A stretch of 64,000 nt of DNA from IMG/VR virus record IMGVR_UViG_3300044797_000098, positions 62,001 to 126,000 of that record, one strand, 5' to 3'. The notes beneath the pieces were generated by a model. It did not search any database. It saw only the letters and a program-made list of their open reading frames with translations, and was not told where the DNA came from. Of this stretch, positions 59,901 to 64,000 are shown in pieces (position 1 is the stretch's first letter; every line of letters begins with the position of its first letter). Made by a program: the position numbers and the translations under genes.

Positions 59901-62900
59901 TCAATAAATAAATGTAATTCATCTCTATTATTTTTTGTATTGATTGCCCACGATGCTGCGACGTGATGCTGCTGTCCTGCCATCCAAGAAGAAATATCGG
60001 CATCCACCGTAGAGTTTCTACCATCTCTATCGAATACTCTAAAATTTAAATATCCGCTTTCATCTTTATATATAGAAAATCTATTATGATCTTTATCTTT
60101 TCCAAAATCAAAAATATAATGATGATAGTCTGCTATAAATGTTATCCCCTGGTTTACATTATTGATTCCTGATATACTATAAGATACAGTATTATTTGCA
60201 CTAAATATCCTGTCTGATGGTGGTTGCACGTGTGCTAATGACCTTACATTATAGAAGTTTCCGTCCGTTTTTATTGAAACCTGATAGTTTTTTATACCAT
60301 ATCCATCAGCATATCCGTCTAAAATATCCACATACCATCTATTTATATTTGTGTATGGATCATTGGTCAGGTAAATAAATACTCCATCTTTACTTTTGTT
60401 GGGTATTCCAAGAACAGAACTATTTTTAATTACAGAAAATGAATATCCGTCTGAGAACTCTGGATGGAAAGCGCCTGCACCAAGGAAAATATTTTGTGGC
60501 AGTAACGGTTGTCCATTTTTAGTTATTCTAAATGTTAATTCAGATTGGTTATCTATTCCATTCCAATTAGGGATTACCCAACATTCAAAAGAGCCCTGTT
60601 CGAGCCTAACATTAGAAACAGTCGGAAATTTAATAATCTGGCCAGGCGTGTTCACAACAACGCCGTCATCATATTTAGCGGTAACTAATTGAAAAGAGCC
60701 ACTCGTAGTTATAGGCTCTGGATTTAATAAATCACTTCCAAGTGACCAATTTTGAAATGCAGATTCTATTATTTGAGGTGGAGTGTGAACAATAGTATTT
60801 ACTATGTTGCTCATAGATTCAATTGTTGGTCCCTGAGGAAAAGAGCTCATTGCAGCTATAAGAGCGTCCCTATATCTTTCTCGTTCAAATGAAACATCTA
60901 AACTATTTAGTATTGGTATATTAATTAGTGTTCCGAAGTTTTTCAATAGCGCGTCTCGTAATGCGCCAACCTTATAGCTAGCATAGTATGTATCACCAGC
61001 ACTTAATGCCATAGATGTACTAAAATCTAATATATTATCACCATATTCATAACTAATAATTATTTCATCAGCAAGATATGTATAATCGATATAATATCCA
61101 CCCTTATCATAATCTACAATAACTCTATATAGATTATTTATTGTGTATGAATATATTAATTGAATTGCATCACCAATTTGTGGAGAATTAATATTTGGTA
61201 ATATTAATTTTAATTGATTGCCTAAAATAATTGTTCCAGAATCATTCCATAATTGAGCGCTATCTGAAAGTCTTGTTATCTGTATATTTAGCGTAATATT
61301 AGGAGAAAGATATTGTAATGAGGTATTAGCTAATATATAATAATTTGTTCCATCAAATTGAATTGAATGGTATTCAGTAAATAATAGAGAGCTTACAGTT
61401 ATATTTTTTCCATTAAATGTGGAAGCCTGAGAAAAATTAATTGGATTTATATTATTTAATAAATCTTCATATTCATATAATCCTCTTATATATCCAATGT
61501 AATTAGATACACCCGGAGAAAATATAGCATTTATAAATACGCCAACTTGATTATTATATACTTGATATGGATATTCAGAGTTTCCATTCAAAAAACCTTC
61601 GTTTGCAATATCGAATGTTGTTGGTAATATACTGCCATCAGTAAAACTTGTATATGAAAATTGTTTTGTTTTTTGTTCTAATGTATTTAATTGATAGTAG
61701 ATATCATCAACTGAGATTAAATGAGGATTTATTGGCGAAATATACCCGCGCTTATACGATATAGAACCAACCGAGTATGATTGAGATGATGATACATAGC
61801 ACCATACTATACCATTAATATAATCTATTTGGTAATCACCTACATTTTGTAATCTTGATGTATTTTGTGTTTCATTAGAAGAGTTGTCAAAATATATTTC
61901 TTGAATAAATATGTTAATATTAGAAAATGATACGCTTGAATTAAATGATGAACCTATTTCGTCTTGTGAGGAGGAAATTAAATTATTATTATTTAGAAAA
62001 AATTTAAATATATTTCCATCTGTCAATGTCATCACAGCACCAACAGAAAGAGTTTCATTTGTAATATTTTGAAATGATGCTCTTTCACCAGTTAGACTAA
62101 CTATATTTGGAGCTTTTATATAACTAAAAAATATTTGATTATTTGTCCATCGTAATATACTATACACTTCACCGGTGGTTTGATTAAATATTCTGAATAC
62201 ATCTGTCACTGGAAAATTTAATGGCTGTATAGTATTTACTGCTATCAATCTATTATCTATATATTCATTTAAAACTTCGATATGCGATGATACGATATAA
62301 TCTATGCCCTGTGCCAATACCTCTTCATAATTAAATATTATGTTGGCAGATGATCCTATTAAACTACCATTTGGCAATCCTACAAGCTCAAAACTATCTG
62401 AATCATATACATAATCTATTTGTGATTTAAAAACATATCTGTATGTATATGTTGCCAATGGAGGATATGCGCCAGTTCCAGTTTTATTATTATCTTGTCC
62501 ATACACATATACGTTTCCTGAACTATAATCTATTGAGTATTCACCAATTTGAGATGGCAAATAATCTAATCTAAATGGTAATTCATACAAAAATGCAGGA
62601 TGCGGTATGTTTGAATCTGGCGGTTCATTCGGATCGGTAAATACAACACTGCCTATACTGCCAATAGTATCATTATTTGTTACTATTGGAGCGTGCATTA
62701 GTGTAAATGTATTTTCTAGCGGTGGTAGTACCTCACGACCAGACGAAAGAACTGTATCTACAACTAGTGATGTTGGATCGAGAACTTTTCCAGTATCTTT
62801 ATATTCATAAGTTACCTGAACATAAGCAATATTTTCTGTGGAAAAATTAGGATCATTTAATATACCTCTATTTAATATAACTTGATTATCTAATAATAAT

Positions 62901-63775
62901 TCGTATGTAAAAGAGTTATCTGGATCATACAGTGAATTAAGTATTTGATATCCATACTCCTGTATATTATAGTTGTATGGTGGCAATGAAGAATCATATA
63001 CGAATAAAACACTATTCAATATAATTACAAATCTTTTAGTAAAATTAATCGTAAAAGTATCTTGATTAAATGTTCCAGTTTTATCAACAGTAACGAGAGG
63101 TAGGTTTTCTGAATAACTAGTTGCCTGCAACGATACAGGATAGTTCGGAAACAACGAAATGGATGTAATATTTTGTACAGGATCACTTGTTGGATTAATG
63201 CCAACCCTTAAAATTTCATACGCGCCTTCCTCATTAAGTCTGTCATATGGACCGTTGCCTCTTGTTTTAAATTCATCAATTATTGTAGTTGTTAAATAGT
63301 TTTCATTTTTTGATTGTCTTATATCATATAGTGATTTAGAAAATATAGTTGATAGACCTTGTATATAATTTGATATTACTGATGGGCTGTCTAAATTATA
63401 TACATTGTTTCTAAGAAAATTATTTAGATATATTTGTACTGGGTTACTTGAATCTAATGGCCCTAATATTAATTGTCTATTTGTTATTCCATCATTTAAA
63501 ATAAATGCATCACCATTTAATGAACTAAATGGCACTTGACTGGTTGATTGAAAAATTATGAAATATGCTGCTTGTGGTACTAATGGTTGTGTCGTTATGT
63601 ACAATAAATCATTTGAAACAGTAACAATTAGGACTGATGGGTTAGAAACACCCGGAGTTTGAGCACTTATTATTATATTACCAGTATTTATGTTTTCATT
63701 TAAAGATTCTGAAAACTTGGCAGTAATATTAGTGCTATCTACTACTGTTACAGATATAATTCTTAAATTAGCCAC
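56915..63775 (-). CDS. Very large baseplate/tail-associated protein with LamG-like domains
   Basis: 2286 aa; GSFECWV.P...HHVAASW...LFIDG and GTIEFWVNP...WHRL...FFVDG...IDNLRIS; follows the baseplate-J-like gene. Confidence 0.7.
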   Translation of the reverse strand: MANLRIISVTVVDSTNITAKFSESLNENINTGNIIISAQTPGVSNPSVLIVTVSNDLLYITTQPLVPQAAYFIIFQSTSQVPFSSLNGDAFILNDGITNRQLILGPLDSSNPVQIYLNNFLRNNVYNLDSPSVISNYIQGLSTIFSKSLYDIRQSKNENYLTTTIIDEFKTRGNGPYDRLNEEGAYEILRVGINPTSDPVQNITSISLFPNYPVSLQATSYSENLPLVTVDKTGTFNQDTFTINFTKRFVIILNSVLFVYDSSLPPYNYNIQEYGYQILNSLYDPDNSFTYELLLDNQVILNRGILNDPNFSTENIAYVQVTYEYKDTGKVLDPTSLVVDTVLSSGREVLPPLENTFTLMHAPIVTNNDTIGSIGSVVFTDPNEPPDSNIPHPAFLYELPFRLDYLPSQIGEYSIDYSSGNVYVYGQDNNKTGTGAYPPLATYTYRYVFKSQIDYVYDSDSFELVGLPNGSLIGSSANIIFNYEEVLAQGIDYIVSSHIEVLNEYIDNRLIAVNTIQPLNFPVTDVFRIFNQTTGEVYSILRWTNNQIFFSYIKAPNIVSLTGERASFQNITNETLSVGAVMTLTDGNIFKFFLNNNNLISSSQDEIGSSFNSSVSFSNINIFIQEIYFDNSSNETQNTSRLQNVGDYQIDYINGIVWCYVSSSQSYSVGSISYKRGYISPINPHLISVDDIYYQLNTLEQKTKQFSYTSFTDGSILPTTFDIANEGFLNGNSEYPYQVYNNQVGVFINAIFSPGVSNYIGYIRGLYEYEDLLNNINPINFSQASTFNGKNITVSSLLFTEYHSIQFDGTNYYILANTSLQYLSPNITLNIQITRLSDSAQLWNDSGTIILGNQLKLILPNINSPQIGDAIQLIYSYTINNLYRVIVDYDKGGYYIDYTYLADEIIISYEYGDNILDFSTSMALSAGDTYYASYKVGALRDALLKNFGTLINIPILNSLDVSFERERYRDALIAAMSSFPQGPTIESMSNIVNTIVHTPPQIIESAFQNWSLGSDLLNPEPITTSGSFQLVTAKYDDGVVVNTPGQIIKFPTVSNVRLEQGSFECWVIPNWNGIDNQSELTFRITKNGQPLLPQNIFLGAGAFHPEFSDGYSFSVIKNSSVLGIPNKSKDGVFIYLTNDPYTNINRWYVDILDGYADGYGIKNYQVSIKTDGNFYNVRSLAHVQPPSDRIFSANNTVSYSISGINNVNQGITFIADYHHYIFDFGKDKDHNRFSIYKDESGYLNFRVFDRDGRNSTVDADISSWMAGQQHHVAASWAINTKNNRDELHLFIDGQEVPNIIKYGSNVGPYLHEKFRTVDPEEIVGLITSAIVSSTDLVTTLGSNIVTSSLNFSAYGVVNGGTIYIEEPGFSISGYLILNVNGNTLTLASPMPLLMTGASFSVNKTSFNVLTEIDLYPNIAISLLHSTLNGTDLQTTDGYNIVSSPSTNFSTLGVLPGYLIRIVESGFAANYVILSVNGQNLILNDNMPASYVSAPFYIYSNKEQEIPGLRALHPAYSIIRNSDDTVTLTILDKALPNDIVLIRTLGLNHRLINQKYYIWGNTTNIIKTRLPSPILLSDVKITHILLDRYNIGPGNSTLVGNTFISNNINTDQPSISDNGRTVSVYISGTNIDYSSPVIVSIYGTNNTSSPEILTFTENTTLSTISQFTSVSYVAVNCTPIDPTKNCVVISIQEVSPITVAENSITVPTIRYSYQTAVGNTLTGSGNTVTDLNNFFSSQTIGNYLIITSPSVSAGQYQITAVSSDYKSITISPALPSPIASGGLYEILTVSTYRSGLQNGYFTLENLTVPGQPYNLVQGLYEFEYYTYLTIPMGVTNLYSYVGTDFTGHNILNGTLDELMIVSEKLTDVRVGEMVGANQETITKDFNSLKALQPTANTLMLLHFDSFPFTNNSSIYTTASDQFIQSSISVNDNFGKSIVLTNKPMIIDNTGILTSKQEGTIEFWVNPIYDTGNDPNYRYYFDASGIVSQQVISTNNATVKVSGRVSKVLNVKLQIGSQSVDYFAGGVIASDMQTLYLNRALPNQQTPVIVNYIPTGTNGDRISIFKDPSGYINFSITASSVVYQIRVPAYWSKGTWHRLKATFKVNSGLGTDEIRFFVDGYERGNVLFGNGLLYGQNQVFGSSFTGQNTMQASIVFKDTINELFIGSDFSGTNGAFALIDNLRISNQSRPLFMPFGESLDVNYSTNTNIVLPVTPDLYTTLLLDFDTLVTKNTNFATLKNSTTGLSDFTINVYDSFDILADNPVVKQVLEELINTLKPANSQVYINYM

Positions 63776-63998
63776 TTGTAATACTTTCTTGTGCTATTGA
63801 AACCGTATTAGCGACGAAATATTGATTTTCTTGAGCGGTAATCGTTAATACTTGACCACCTGTACCATCGACATTAAAATATACTACGCGAACTCGTTCC
63901 ACGCCATCTACCGATTGTGCTGCTGAAATTAACATAGATGAATTTAACACTCCGCCTAATTGATTTGTATTAATTGTTGATGTAACAGCATTTTTTAC
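63768..63998 (-). CDS. C-terminus of a baseplate J/wedge-like protein (5'-partial)
   Basis: The frame is open to the window edge: VKNAVTSTINTNQLGGVLNSSMLISAAQSVDGVERVRV...I....NQYF. Confidence 0.6.
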   Translation of the reverse strand, partial: VKNAVTSTINTNQLGGVLNSSMLISAAQSVDGVERVRVVYFNVDGTGGQVLTITAQENQYFVANTVSIAQESITSG

Positions 63999-64000
63999 AT

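Noticed and set aside
1-64000. tRNA genes, CRISPR arrays, rRNA
   Set aside because: No intergenic gap shows a cloverleaf or regularly spaced repeats; gaps are almost all under 200 bp.

Overview
AT-rich, densely coding segment of a large (jumbo-type) tailed dsDNA bacteriophage read in the standard code. I found no tRNA, rRNA or CRISPR array. Left part: two + strand blocks of modular fibre/adhesin-like virion genes (3-4073 and 9004-17506, plus a convergent paralog at 17509-18699) flank a - strand accessory cluster (degenerate macrodomain, HAD phosphatase, glycosyltransferase-like protein, DEDDh exonuclease, FAD oxidoreductase). Middle (- strand): NadR/AAA_28-type kinase, methionine aminopeptidase, PIN-PhoH, class II ribonucleotide reductase, sigma factor, two FmdB zinc ribbons, DnaB helicase, DnaC-like loader, a putative restriction-modification pair, an HNH-type nuclease and a UvsW-like helicase. 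Right part (- strand, one gene run): baseplate-J-like C-terminus, very large LamG-, dockerin-like- and Ig-containing structural proteins, three glycosyltransferases with an intein-split dTDP-glucose 4,6-dehydratase, a tubulin/FtsZ-like GTPase and a GH25 endolysin, interrupted by two zinc-ribbon homing-type endonucleases. The strongest unexplained signal is the tripeptide Asp-Gly-Tyr (DGY): about 34 copies by hand count in seven predicted virion proteins, with varied codons, against about 1 in the non-structural proteins. Together with the glycan-synthesis genes in the structural operon, this suggests a phage-encoded virion modification system with its own sequon (hypothesis). Other signals: a shared hydrophobic C-terminal tag on unrelated small proteins, an orphan IS200/IS605-type right end, and an apparently captured, internally deleted foreign tail cassette. 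All product calls come from motif recognition by eye, not database searches.
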